64,000 nt of DNA from an uncultured Methanosarcinales archaeon (GTDB lineage: Archaea > Nanobdellota > Nanobdellia > Woesearchaeales > GW2011-AR15): assembly GCA_964537195.1 (NCBI GenBank), contig CAZHYZ010000001.1, positions 5,522-69,521 of the forward strand, given 5' to 3'. Below, piece by piece: positions 1-9,934 of this stretch; within the stretch, counting starts at the first letter, position 1; each line of letters opens with the position of its first letter. Position numbers and translations under genes: made by a program. The notes beneath the pieces are model-generated. The model was not told where the DNA came from, did no database searches, and worked only from the letters and a program-made list of their open reading frames with translations.

Positions 1-1
1 T

Positions 2-733
2 TTTTTACAGAAGATAACAGCCATAGAATATGATATTGGAATATCTCTTAGCATAGGCATCTTGTCTAAATTAAGTTCTGTTCATGTTACTCCCGGTCCA
101 TTTACAATTTATAGAGCAAATGTTTTGCGGGAAATTGGAGGATTTGATGAGAAAAACATTACTGAAGATATGGAAATAGCATATAGGATACACAAATACG
201 GATATGATATAAAATGTGCACTTGATGCAAAAGTTACGACAAATGTGCCCGAAAATCTGAAACAATTATATAAACAGAGAAAGAGATGGTATACTGGAGC
301 ATTGCAAACCCTAAACAAACATAGAGACGTAGTTTTTAATAAAGAGCTTGGTATTTTCGGTTATTTTGTTCCCTATAATTTTTCACTTATACTTCTTGGA
401 CTGTTGCTTTTTATTGTATCAACTCTTATTTCAGCGTATAATCAATACAGAAGCATCTCATTTTATAGATTTACAGGATTTAACTTTTTCCAACACTTAT
501 TTGACTTTAATCTGGACATATTATCTATTTTCAATATATTTAGTATATTAATTATGATTTCATTTGCACTGACAGGAATAATGACTTTTATAGGATTGAG
601 AACACTAAAAAAAAGTCTAAGGAAAAACTTAATGGGATACGTTGGTTTTTTACCATTTTTTATTTTGTACCAGATTTTCTGGACAGTTTCATTATATGCT
701 TTTGTTTTTAAGAGGGATGTGACATGGAGATAG
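2..733 (+). CDS. GT2 family processive glycosyltransferase, C-terminal part (5' end lies outside the window; frame open from base 2)
   Basis: TED motif (NITEDMEIAYR) and QxxRW motif (KQRKRWYTG) followed by several TM helices; frame is open from the window edge; the first listed Met is actually TTG. Confidence 0.6.
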   Translation, partial: FLQKITAIEYDIGISLSIGILSKLSSVHVTPGPFTIYRANVLREIGGFDEKNITEDMEIAYRIHKYGYDIKCALDAKVTTNVPENLKQLYKQRKRWYTGALQTLNKHRDVVFNKELGIFGYFVPYNFSLILLGLLLFIVSTLISAYNQYRSISFYRFTGFNFFQHLFDFNLDILSIFNIFSILIMISFALTGIMTFIGLRTLKKSLRKNLMGYVGFLPFFILYQIFWTVSLYAFVFKRDVTWR

Positions 734-1407
734 ATAAGAAAATGTTTGTTTTAGCCGGTTTAGTTACTCTGGTTTTGTTTGGTTTAATTTATATTGCAAA
801 TGAATTATTAAACACACAGAGAGAAAGAAAATTAGAACAGTTGAGAGAAGAAGTTATTGACGAATTAGAATATATGAAGGCTTTTACAGCAATTTCAGAT
901 CTTGTTGGTGAAGAGGGTAACTGTGATATACTGCAGACTCAACTGAGGTATTTAGATAAAAGTGTGTGGGACCTGGGCAAAAAACTAGACAGTTATGAAG
1001 AGGCATCAAGAAACATTTTTGATAATCCTTTTTATAAAACACAAAAAAAGAGATTTATGGTAAATGAGCTTGTTTATCTAAGCATGCTTGAAAAAATGAA
1101 AGAAAAATGTGAATCTGAAAAACCAGTAACACTACTTTATTTTTATGCTAATGCACAAGATTGTCCTGATTGTGATGCACAGTCATTTATTCTTACAGAC
1201 TTGAATAAGGAAATAGATAATGAGCTGGCAATCTTCTCTCTTGATTCTGATATTGAACTTATGGCAACAAATGTTCTTATAGAATATTATAACATTACAA
1301 ATCTTCCCTGTGTTGTTATTGAAGAAGAAGTGTATTGCGGGTTACAGGATAAGAGAACAATAATAAAAAACATTTGTTTAGACACTAACATCAGTGCTTG
1401 TTCTTAA
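724..1407 (+). CDS. Membrane-anchored hypothetical protein with a CxxC pair (possible thioredoxin-like domain)
   Basis: N-terminal TM helix, coiled-coil segment, CPDCDAQ motif; overlaps the stop of the upstream GT2 gene, suggesting an operon. Confidence 0.35.
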   Translation: MEIDKKMFVLAGLVTLVLFGLIYIANELLNTQRERKLEQLREEVIDELEYMKAFTAISDLVGEEGNCDILQTQLRYLDKSVWDLGKKLDSYEEASRNIFDNPFYKTQKKRFMVNELVYLSMLEKMKEKCESEKPVTLLYFYANAQDCPDCDAQSFILTDLNKEIDNELAIFSLDSDIELMATNVLIEYYNITNLPCVVIEEEVYCGLQDKRTIIKNICLDTNISACS

Positions 1408-2772
1408 TTCCCAGATTTTAACTCCGGCATAATCATAAACTTTGTTGAAGTCATCACTATTATGAAGAATGAGAAGCATCCCTTCATTTTCTCTTTTCCA
1501 CACTAACCCTTGTTTCATTTCCTCATTTATCCATATATATTTTAAATCGTTTTTTTTCATGAAAGAAGTAATCTCTTCTAAATTTCTTGACATGAAAATA
1601 TTTTGACTCTGTTTTATTTTTGTTTTATCTTTTGATAGAGAATAATATCTTTCATCAGTATATGTTTCCAAACCAGACATAGATTGGATAAGGAAACCAT
1701 ATTTATGATGACTTATTACTTTTCCATCCCCAGCATTAAATCTTAGCCAGTTTAGACTGATAGCTTCGCTATGGACAGGACCCCCTTGTGAGAACCTATT
1801 GATAAACGAACCAGCAGAAAATATTAATCCACAGAAAATTAGTATGAGAACGTAGTTTTTTAGGGTGGAGCTTTTCCATTTGGTTTTCCATATATAAGAT
1901 ATGGCAACACCCCCAAAATAGGCCAGGACTAATTGAAGGAAAACCAGCAGAGATTTATCAAACAAAGAGCAAATCAACAAAGCTAGCAAAGCAAAATAAA
2001 TAGTGGAAAATTTTTCTTTCTCAGACCAAGAGAGGATAATGCCAAGGATAGAAACAAATAATTCAAAAATACCCAAACCAAACAATGCACCAAGATCAGA
2101 GACATAGTTAGTCAAAAAACTATGTAAGCCTGCATTGAAAAGGTTATAGTTTTTTAATTGTATAAATAAAAATCCTGTAATCAAAATGCCAAGGACAGGC
2201 AAATAAGGAGATTTGGCCTTGTATCTATCATAGAACACTATCAAAACAAGTATGATGGCAATGAAAAACGGCGGGTTAAGTATAAACCCCACCACAAACA
2301 AAACAAGACTTATCCAATATTTGTCTTTGAGTAGAAGATATGTTCCGAGTAATAAGGTAGTCATAGTTGAGAAAACCCGATTATATGTGCCATATACATA
2401 AACAAAAACTGGGGAGAGAAAAATAATAAGTGAAGAAAAAATAATTTGTTTTTTGTTTTTTGTTATCTCTTTTAGAATAAGACAAATCAAATATATATTA
2501 ATTAAACCAAAAACGAATGGTAGAAAACGCATCCAGAAAAAAAAGTTATTTGTAAGAGAAACAACCACATCTATTAAATATGTGTCTTCTAATATGAACG
2601 AAGGAGAGAAATCCTCCTTAAGAGAATTTATGCTGTTTAGATAGTAATATTGTTCGTATCCAACCAATTCAGAACTAAAACCAAATCTTAGAGTGTGGAA
2701 TCCAGACAAGATTAATGCTGACAAAACCACAACAAAAATGAAATCTTTGTTTATATTTTTTTTAGTTAGCAT
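1378..2772 (-). CDS. Polytopic membrane protein, GT-C-like glycosyltransferase candidate
   Basis: More than 10 predicted TM helices in the N-terminal two-thirds, then a soluble C-terminal domain; this architecture is typical of PMT/ArnT/AglB-like GT-C enzymes; no WWDYG motif. Confidence 0.4.
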   Translation of the reverse strand: MLTKKNINKDFIFVVVLSALILSGFHTLRFGFSSELVGYEQYYYLNSINSLKEDFSPSFILEDTYLIDVVVSLTNNFFFWMRFLPFVFGLINIYLICLILKEITKNKKQIIFSSLIIFLSPVFVYVYGTYNRVFSTMTTLLLGTYLLLKDKYWISLVLFVVGFILNPPFFIAIILVLIVFYDRYKAKSPYLPVLGILITGFLFIQLKNYNLFNAGLHSFLTNYVSDLGALFGLGIFELFVSILGIILSWSEKEKFSTIYFALLALLICSLFDKSLLVFLQLVLAYFGGVAISYIWKTKWKSSTLKNYVLILIFCGLIFSAGSFINRFSQGGPVHSEAISLNWLRFNAGDGKVISHHKYGFLIQSMSGLETYTDERYYSLSKDKTKIKQSQNIFMSRNLEEITSFMKKNDLKYIWINEEMKQGLVWKRENEGMLLILHNSDDFNKVYDYAGVKIWELRTSTDVSV

Positions 2773-4253
2773 GTTCTATCTCTTCTATATATTTTTGTGG
2801 TATCATTTAAGATTAGACTAAAACACTCGTCATTTATGTAAGATATGCTTTCTATGTCGTATTTTTCTCTTGCTTTCTTGGAAAAGACAATATAGTCTAC
2901 CTCATATTTTTCTAATAGCCTGAGAGCTTCTATTCTAAATTTTTGAGTATAGGCCTTTTTTATATCATCTACTCTTACATCTACGTCCTGTATCAGTAAG
3001 TAGTCTGTGTCTAAAACATTTTTTCTTTCACCAAAGTAAGTGATTAAATGGCCTTCTTCAGGAGTGCCCAGTATAACAGAATTTTTTGGTGTTGATTTAA
3101 GAAATCTAAAACTTTCTATATATTCTTCGGTCGGAGTATTTTTGATTTGGTGGGACATACTGAAAATTCCCGGAAGAACCTGAGTTAATATTAATAGAAC
3201 AATCACCAAAATAAAAACTGAGTTCTCATATTTTGCAAATTTAGTTTTTCTCAATCCAGAGAAAAAATCTCGTAGGAATTGTCCAAACAAGATTACTAGT
3301 GAGGATCCCATGAAAATTAGTGCAAGTTCAGCCTGGACCATTTTTAACCAGAAAATTATTAAAGTTGAGAGAAATAAGCTAATAAAAACAAGGAGATTCT
3401 TACTTTTCTTCCGCATAATATAATTATATAAAGAGAACATTCCAAAAACAAAAGGAAGGAGGCCGATGTTGTATATTGCTTGTAAAAGATTTATATTAAC
3501 AAAATACTGGCTCAATATTTGAGTGGGTGTATTTTTCCATATTATGTCAAATCCATGTAATTGAAAGGCCGATTTATATATGATAAAATTTGTCCATAAG
3601 AAAAAAAAGGTAAAAAATGAGATATATTCCAAATTAATTCTGGAGGAAGGCACTTTCTCTATATATCTCAATAAAAGCAGGATTATTAAACCAAACAAGA
3701 GCAAAAAGATAGCTGAAGTGGCTAGGGTTAGAAAAAGGGTTAGAGGTATGATGTATTGGAGCATTTTTTCATCTTTTTCTAGACTTATGAAGAAATATAA
3801 TAAAAAGAAAGTTCCGGGGAAGATAAGAGAGTATATACTAAGATCATTTATTGTCTGATTAATATATATTGGTAGCAATGCAGACACAGTAGCCACTATT
3901 ATTGAAATTTTCCTGTTTTTTATGATTCTTTTTGCAAGAAGATAAACAGCAACAATAATGGTGGATGCAAGAATGTTGTTTACAATTTTTAGAGTAAAGA
4001 CTCCTGGGAAAATCCATGAGAAAAAAGCAAGTAGATAGTAGTATACAGGAAGCAATATAAAGGTTCTCCCACCATAACTAAGGGTGTCCTTTGTTAAAGG
4101 AAGACCTACTTTTTTTATATGCTCTATCTGCCTAAGAGCATAGTATGATTCTTCATTAGTGAAATAAGGTGTTTGTAGAGAGAAATATAATCTAATCCCA
4201 AGATACAAAACAAACAACACCATAAGTATAATATATCTTCTTCTAATCTTCAT
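2766..4253 (-). CDS. Polytopic membrane protein, GT-C (ArnT/PMT-like) glycosyltransferase candidate
   Basis: Multi-TM N-terminal region plus C-terminal soluble domain; start overlaps the upstream gene by 7 nt; sits within the glycosylation cluster. Confidence 0.4.
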   Translation of the reverse strand: MKIRRRYIILMVLFVLYLGIRLYFSLQTPYFTNEESYYALRQIEHIKKVGLPLTKDTLSYGGRTFILLPVYYYLLAFFSWIFPGVFTLKIVNNILASTIIVAVYLLAKRIIKNRKISIIVATVSALLPIYINQTINDLSIYSLIFPGTFFLLYFFISLEKDEKMLQYIIPLTLFLTLATSAIFLLLFGLIILLLLRYIEKVPSSRINLEYISFFTFFFLWTNFIIYKSAFQLHGFDIIWKNTPTQILSQYFVNINLLQAIYNIGLLPFVFGMFSLYNYIMRKKSKNLLVFISLFLSTLIIFWLKMVQAELALIFMGSSLVILFGQFLRDFFSGLRKTKFAKYENSVFILVIVLLILTQVLPGIFSMSHQIKNTPTEEYIESFRFLKSTPKNSVILGTPEEGHLITYFGERKNVLDTDYLLIQDVDVRVDDIKKAYTQKFRIEALRLLEKYEVDYIVFSKKAREKYDIESISYINDECFSLILNDTTKIYRRDRTC

Positions 4254-4286
4254 TGCTTTAATAAAACAGTGTCAATTTTTATATTT

Positions 4287-4625
4287 TTAGAAAAAATCTT
4301 TCAAATATCCTGTAAATGTTAATAAAACTATCAAAACCGTAGTGATAAAAAAGACAAATTTAGCTAAGGGAATTTTGAATACAACATCAATTAAGACATA
4401 TACTGCAGCATAACTTAAACCTGCAAGATGTGATAGAACGTATTTCTCAACAAAATTTATTTTTAATCTTATAATCAAAGGCAAAAAGGGCAAATAAACA
4501 AAAAACATGTATGTTAATGTTAGCACAAAACTGGCAACAAAACTATTTAATAACAAACTTATAATGAATACAGAGGCAAAACCAATTACAACACACTTAA
4601 ACAATTCTTTAATTTTATCTTCCAT
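4287..4625 (-). CDS. Small integral membrane protein
   Basis: 112 aa, three hydrophobic helices; overlaps the neighbouring gene by about 10 nt. Confidence 0.3.
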   Translation of the reverse strand: MEDKIKELFKCVVIGFASVFIISLLLNSFVASFVLTLTYMFFVYLPFLPLIIRLKINFVEKYVLSHLAGLSYAAVYVLIDVVFKIPLAKFVFFITTVLIVLLTFTGYLKDFF

Positions 4626-6360
4626 TTTTTATTATCATATATCCTTCATTATCATAAACGAGATTAAATCCTTGTTCATTAATATAACGTGCGGAAAAAT
4701 AATTATTGATCTGGGACATTTGCAGGTTCAAATCCTGGAACAATACATAATCAAAATCATATATTGAAAAATTACTGCCCGGTTCTTCAAAGGTCTGATA
4801 ATTTAAGAATGACACTTCATATTTATGCACCGCTCTGACGGTTCTTCCACCCCAAGTACCAGAGAAGGAAGTTGCAGTTACATTGTTTTCAGTTACTTTA
4901 TTGACTATTCTCTGCAACTCTGCTTGTGGAAAGGATGCAGAGATTCTTTTTGTATAAATGATTTCAGATTGAAAAGTTCCATCAAAAAAGAGTACTTTAT
5001 CATTTTTGTTAGTGTTTTCATGCAACCAGACATATGCTTTCCATTCCCCCAAAGGTATGTGCTCTCCCTGTATTCTGTTTGTAGTTTCTTTATACTGTGG
5101 AAATGCAAGTACCAAAGGGAGAATTGTAATAAAAAGAACCAAGGCAAACTCAATTAATTTGGTCTTTTTAAGATTTGAGACAGACACTATCAAAAATATA
5201 CTCCCTTGGATGAGTACATATAATGCGACAGCAACAAAGGGCACAATTATAAAAACTTGGAGGGCCCGCATTCTTCCTATATAATAAGGAAGTTTGATAA
5301 ATAGCGGCACCAGATAAACATATATAAAATAATATAAAGAGATAAAATTCCACAAAAGCAGGGGTTTAGTCATTTTTTTATTCTTAGGCAGAACAAGTTT
5401 CTTTTTTTTGTATTTTGGCAGACCAATATCCTTCTTTTTAATTAACAAAGCAACCAAAATGAAACCAAGAATAAACAAGACAACGAACACAATAGGCAAA
5501 CTAAAGAATTTTGGAAAGATAGAGCCAGATTGTACATTTCTGTTAAAGATGTTTCTGATACCATAAAATCCAACACCATATTGTTTTCCACCTTGTGCTC
5601 CCCAAACAAACAAAAACCGGGGCAACATAGTTAAAAACACAATTCCTGGTACCAAACCAAAAATTAAGGTTTTTTTTATTGTTTGATAAAAGTTTTTCGA
5701 GATGTTTTTTAATATTTTGAATAATATTATTACAGAGGGGATAAAGAGAAACATAAGGTCTTGGGGATGTAATAAAATCACGGAAGAAATACAAACGCCC
5801 AGAAAGATTAGTGTCCAATTTTCCCTGTTTTTCAAAAATCTAATAAACAACCAGAGAAAAGTCAAAACAAACAGATATGACGGGACTTGAATCCAGAACC
5901 CGATGTATAAACCATACAACCAGGCACTAATTGGGATAGGCAATATTGAAAGACCAGCACCAATTAAACCAACCATTTCATTATCAAAAATCTCTATTGT
6001 TATAAGGTAAATTAATACTATAAATAATGCTTGGGATATAGAGATTAAAAAATAAAGTGTGTCCCAAACAGGAACATTAGAGAACAGATTTAAGATTGCT
6101 GCATTTAGATAATATAGGGGGGGCTGAGAATTAACTGCTTTTTCTTGACCAAGAGAAAAAACAACATCATAATAGTTCCATTGTTGTGTGTCTATTATAC
6201 CTTCAGTAATTAGTGCATGATAAAAAGCATCTGCGGCCTTTAAATTTCCCGGATGCGACAAAGGCAATTTATTTATGTTTGTGTAAAGGAGAGTTGTAAT
6301 TATAAACAGAATCAAGACAAGGTATTGAATGTTTTTCTTGAAATTAATTTTTAGTTTCAT
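4615..6360 (-). CDS. Polytopic membrane protein, GT-C-like glycosyltransferase candidate
   Basis: 581 aa with at least 12 TM helices and a C-terminal soluble domain; translationally coupled to the Dpm1-like GT2 gene upstream. Confidence 0.4.
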   Translation of the reverse strand: MKLKINFKKNIQYLVLILFIITTLLYTNINKLPLSHPGNLKAADAFYHALITEGIIDTQQWNYYDVVFSLGQEKAVNSQPPLYYLNAAILNLFSNVPVWDTLYFLISISQALFIVLIYLITIEIFDNEMVGLIGAGLSILPIPISAWLYGLYIGFWIQVPSYLFVLTFLWLFIRFLKNRENWTLIFLGVCISSVILLHPQDLMFLFIPSVIILFKILKNISKNFYQTIKKTLIFGLVPGIVFLTMLPRFLFVWGAQGGKQYGVGFYGIRNIFNRNVQSGSIFPKFFSLPIVFVVLFILGFILVALLIKKKDIGLPKYKKKKLVLPKNKKMTKPLLLWNFISLYYFIYVYLVPLFIKLPYYIGRMRALQVFIIVPFVAVALYVLIQGSIFLIVSVSNLKKTKLIEFALVLFITILPLVLAFPQYKETTNRIQGEHIPLGEWKAYVWLHENTNKNDKVLFFDGTFQSEIIYTKRISASFPQAELQRIVNKVTENNVTATSFSGTWGGRTVRAVHKYEVSFLNYQTFEEPGSNFSIYDFDYVLFQDLNLQMSQINNYFSARYINEQGFNLVYDNEGYMIIKNGR

Positions 6361-7078
6361 ATTTTCCCATTAAGTCGTTGTATCTGATTTTTAACAAGTC
6401 TAAGAACATGAGTGCAGAATCTTTTATTAATTTTACTTTTGTTTCTCCATCATTAAACCAGCTTACCCCTAGTTCTTTTATCTTTAATTTGTTTTTTCTT
6501 GCGATATGCAATATCTCCACATCAAAACCAAACCCAAACAAAGTCTGTTTTTTGAATACTGCGAAACATTTTTTTCTATCAAACAGTTTAAAGCCACATT
6601 GTGTGTCTTTTATGTCTTGTTTCATAATTACTCTTACAACAAAAGGAAACATGTTCCCTGCAAAAATTCTCCATACGGGTTGCTTCTCAACTACCTGAGC
6701 ATTATCTGCTTTTCTTGAAGCTATCACAATGTCATATTCTGGGAGAAACTTTTCAAATTTATCCAATTCTTCTATTGGTGTGCTCAAATCAGCATCAGTA
6801 AATAGTACATAATCACCTCTACTTTTTAAAAACCCCCTTCTTACAGAATATCCTTTTCCCATGTTTTTTTCATTATTTATCAACTTTATTTTCTTGTTGT
6901 TGATGTCTTCTACTTCTCTCACTGTTTTGTCTTTAGAACCATCATTTACAACAAGAAGCTCATATTGTATTTTCCTTTTATTAAGATATTTGGTTATTTT
7001 CTTAATTGAATGGGTTATTCTGTTTTCTTCATTATAAGCAGGAATAACTATGGAGAGAAAGTTTATCTTTTTCATCAA
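6344..7078 (-). CDS. GT2 polyprenol/dolichol-phosphate glycosyltransferase (Dpm1/AglD/ArnC-like)
   Basis: LSIVIPAYNEE, VVNDGSKDKT and TDADLS motifs (DxD), about 240 aa, soluble GT-A fold. Confidence 0.75.
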   Translation of the reverse strand: MMKKINFLSIVIPAYNEENRITHSIKKITKYLNKRKIQYELLVVNDGSKDKTVREVEDINNKKIKLINNEKNMGKGYSVRRGFLKSRGDYVLFTDADLSTPIEELDKFEKFLPEYDIVIASRKADNAQVVEKQPVWRIFAGNMFPFVVRVIMKQDIKDTQCGFKLFDRKKCFAVFKKQTLFGFGFDVEILHIARKNKLKIKELGVSWFNDGETKVKLIKDSALMFLDLLKIRYNDLMGKYETKN

Positions 7079-8175
7079 ATATCAACAGTTATTGTTTTTG
7101 TTTTCTGATCATATTCTTTTACCTTTTTAATATCTTTAATCTTCTTCTCAACATCTTTAGGAGAGACCTTTCTTATTTCACTGATAATCTCCTCCAATTT
7201 AGTGTAATTTTCATATATTGCCTCTCCTTTTTCTTTATTTGATTTGTGAGATTTTTTTAATCCTTGGATTTGTTTTGTTTGTGTTTTTATTATTCCTTCA
7301 ATTTTTTCTTTTTCCTTGTCATATTTGTTTTTCTTCTCTTTTTTCTTCTCTTTTCTTAGTCTAATATTATTATACTCACTAATAGCTTTACTAAATGTTT
7401 GTTTTTCCTCAAACTTCTTAGTCTCATATTGTTTAAGAGGGAAAGGAACGATTTCTAAAACTGAGTTTTTTTCATAATATGTTCCGGGAGAAATTTTTTT
7501 CCCTCTTATCTCTTTTATCGCATTGTATAATCTTATGATTTCTTTTTTTTCAAGACTTGATTTCTTTTTGTCAATCTCTGCTATTGCACAGAGCTCTTCA
7601 GCATATAACCCACCCAGACCAAGATTAACAGCTAATGTTATAACAATAGAGTTTTTTTCAGATCCTTCTAACAATTTATTTAGCCCATGTTCATCTATTT
7701 CAAGAAAGTTAAACTCTGTTTTAGGGTATTTATAATCTTTATTTGGTCTCAAAACTCTAGATCCGAAACTCTTGTATTCTTTAGCAACAACAATTTTCCC
7801 CCCCTCATTACATAGAATGATGTTGCCTGGATTAAATAACTCCACATATAGACAATAAACGGAATTTTTAAAACTCAATTCAAACTTTAAAATTCTTTCA
7901 AAACCTACTTGTTCTATTTTTTGGATCCAGGAATTATTGATATGTTTTCTTAAAGAAAGTCCAAACTTGTCAGTTTTGTATTTTCTTTTTGTTTCTGATA
8001 GATATATGAGGCTAGGAAGTATGATCCTTAAATACAATTTACCTAATTTTGTGTCATATAGTTGGAAAAGAAAGTTTTCTCTTTCTTGGTAGATCTGATC
8101 TATTTTTGCCTTCTTTATCTTCTGAAATTCTCTTACTAGAAAATGTAATTCTAAGGAAGTTATTTCTGTCTTCAT
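7075..8175 (-). CDS. NFACT/FbpA-N domain protein (Rqc2-like), short form with a K/E-rich coiled-coil tail
   Basis: The N-terminus (MKTEITSLELHFLVREFQKIKKAKIDQIYQ...) resembles the NFACT-N domain of archaeal Rqc2/FbpA homologues; the C-terminus is low-complexity KEK-rich. Confidence 0.4.
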   Translation of the reverse strand: MKTEITSLELHFLVREFQKIKKAKIDQIYQERENFLFQLYDTKLGKLYLRIILPSLIYLSETKRKYKTDKFGLSLRKHINNSWIQKIEQVGFERILKFELSFKNSVYCLYVELFNPGNIILCNEGGKIVVAKEYKSFGSRVLRPNKDYKYPKTEFNFLEIDEHGLNKLLEGSEKNSIVITLAVNLGLGGLYAEELCAIAEIDKKKSSLEKKEIIRLYNAIKEIRGKKISPGTYYEKNSVLEIVPFPLKQYETKKFEEKQTFSKAISEYNNIRLRKEKKKEKKNKYDKEKEKIEGIIKTQTKQIQGLKKSHKSNKEKGEAIYENYTKLEEIISEIRKVSPKDVEKKIKDIKKVKEYDQKTKTITVDI

Positions 8176-8214
8176 GAAGGAGAAAATACAGTATAGATAT
8201 TAATAATTAACTAT

Positions 8215-9930
8215 CTACTTTACTGTAACAGATTTTGCCAAATTTCTTGGTTTGTCTATTGGTAATTTTTTTTCTAGGGCCACATAATAAGTTAGCAATT
8301 GTCCAACAATAGTTGCAAGAATTCCAAACTTCCCATCGTTTGAAGTGTTTATTTTAATGTCTCCATTAAATTCATTGGTTATTTTTATTACCTTTGCTCC
8401 GCGCGCTTCTACTTCCTTGGTATTAGAAATCATGTCATAATCTTTGTTGCTTATTAGAGATATTACGGGTGTTCCCTTTTCTATGAGAGCAATTGTTCCA
8501 TGTTTTAATTCTCCTCCCATCATTCCTTCTGCATGAATATAAGAAATTTCTTTTATCTTTAATGCAATCTCTCTTGCAACAGGATAACTTAACCCCCTGC
8601 CCAAAACATATAAGTCTTTTTTCTTGTAAATCTCTTTTGCAATTTTCTTTATCTTCTTTTTCATTAGAAGAACTTCCTCAATCCTATCTGGTAAAGTTTC
8701 TAAGTTGATTTTAAATCCGAACTCTTTTGCTAAAGCCAAGAGAAGTGTTACTTGATTAACAAAAGATTTTGTTGCTGCAACACATATTTCTTGTCCTGCA
8801 GCTATATTTAATGATATTTCAGACATTCTTTGTATTGTTGAGTAAGGGACATTAACAATAGATGCAATCTTTGCACCATTTTCTTTTGCATATTTTAGAG
8901 CTTCAATGACATCCATTGTTTCTCCAGACTGAGAAATTGGGATAACTAATGTGTCTTTGTCAACACCAACGAAATGACGAAATTCAGAAGCAATTATTGT
9001 CTGTGCTTCGACACCACATTTGTGAAGATAATATACCCCCAACAAGGAAGCGTGATAACTTGTACCAGCGGCAACAAAAGTAACTTTTCTCGAGTTCTTG
9101 ATGAGTTCTACAAACTTAGTATAGTTTTCTTTTTGTTCTCCCTTCAAACTTAATAGAAGCCTTTTAACAACCTTTGGTTCCTCCATGATCTCTTTAATCA
9201 TATAGTGACCATAATTTTCAGTAGTTGATTCTTCTTGTGTCCATTCAAACTGTTGAATCTTTTTTTTAATCTCTTTTCCTGTTTTATCATAAAATTGGTA
9301 ATCTTTTTTTCCAATTACAGCAAATTCATTGTTTTCAAAGAAAATCGCTTTATTTATTATGTCTGAGAAAGCATATATGTCAGAAGCTAAGACATTTTGA
9401 TTTTCTCCAATTCCAAGGACAAGAGGAGAATCTCTTCTTAGAGCATATAGGTTGTCATGTCCTTTTATCATAATCACTACAGCAAACTCTCCTTTAATTT
9501 CTTTAATGAAATCAACACAAACATCTTTAATATCTTTCTTTTTCAATCTTTCTTCAAAATAATGGGCTATTACTTCTGAATCTGTTTCACTTACAAATTG
9601 GTATCCTTTTTTTATTAGCGCCTCTTTTAATTCTTCATAATTCTCAATTATACCATTATGAACAATCGTAACTGTTCCCTCTTCAGATTGGTGGGGGTGT
9701 GCATTTTTTTTGATAACACCTCCATGGGTGGCCCACCTTGTGTGTAATATTATTTTGTTGGCTTTTTCTTTTGTTTTTGGAACAACAATATCTCCAACTT
9801 TCTTATATAGTGTTTTACCATCGAAATATCCGAACGAATCATACCCTCTATATTCTAACCTTTTTAGTCTTCCGACAGCATCTTTAATTGATATTTCCTC
9901 TCTAGAATTAATCCCCACTATTCCACACAT
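8215..9930 (-). CDS. glmS: Glutamine--fructose-6-phosphate aminotransferase (isomerising)
   Basis: MCGIVGI N-terminal Ntn-glutaminase signature and two SIS domains (SQSGET); 571 aa. Confidence 0.9.
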   Translation of the reverse strand: MCGIVGINSREEISIKDAVGRLKRLEYRGYDSFGYFDGKTLYKKVGDIVVPKTKEKANKIILHTRWATHGGVIKKNAHPHQSEEGTVTIVHNGIIENYEELKEALIKKGYQFVSETDSEVIAHYFEERLKKKDIKDVCVDFIKEIKGEFAVVIMIKGHDNLYALRRDSPLVLGIGENQNVLASDIYAFSDIINKAIFFENNEFAVIGKKDYQFYDKTGKEIKKKIQQFEWTQEESTTENYGHYMIKEIMEEPKVVKRLLLSLKGEQKENYTKFVELIKNSRKVTFVAAGTSYHASLLGVYYLHKCGVEAQTIIASEFRHFVGVDKDTLVIPISQSGETMDVIEALKYAKENGAKIASIVNVPYSTIQRMSEISLNIAAGQEICVAATKSFVNQVTLLLALAKEFGFKINLETLPDRIEEVLLMKKKIKKIAKEIYKKKDLYVLGRGLSYPVAREIALKIKEISYIHAEGMMGGELKHGTIALIEKGTPVISLISNKDYDMISNTKEVEARGAKVIKITNEFNGDIKINTSNDGKFGILATIVGQLLTYYVALEKKLPIDKPRNLAKSVTVK

Positions 9931-9934
9931 ATAA

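Noticed and set aside
7075-7400. K/E-rich low-complexity stretch (KEKKKEKKNKYDKEKEK) considered as a tandem repeat or mobile remnant
   Set aside because: It is the in-frame coiled-coil tail of the NFACT-like ORF. There is no nucleotide-level periodic repeat beyond the codon bias.
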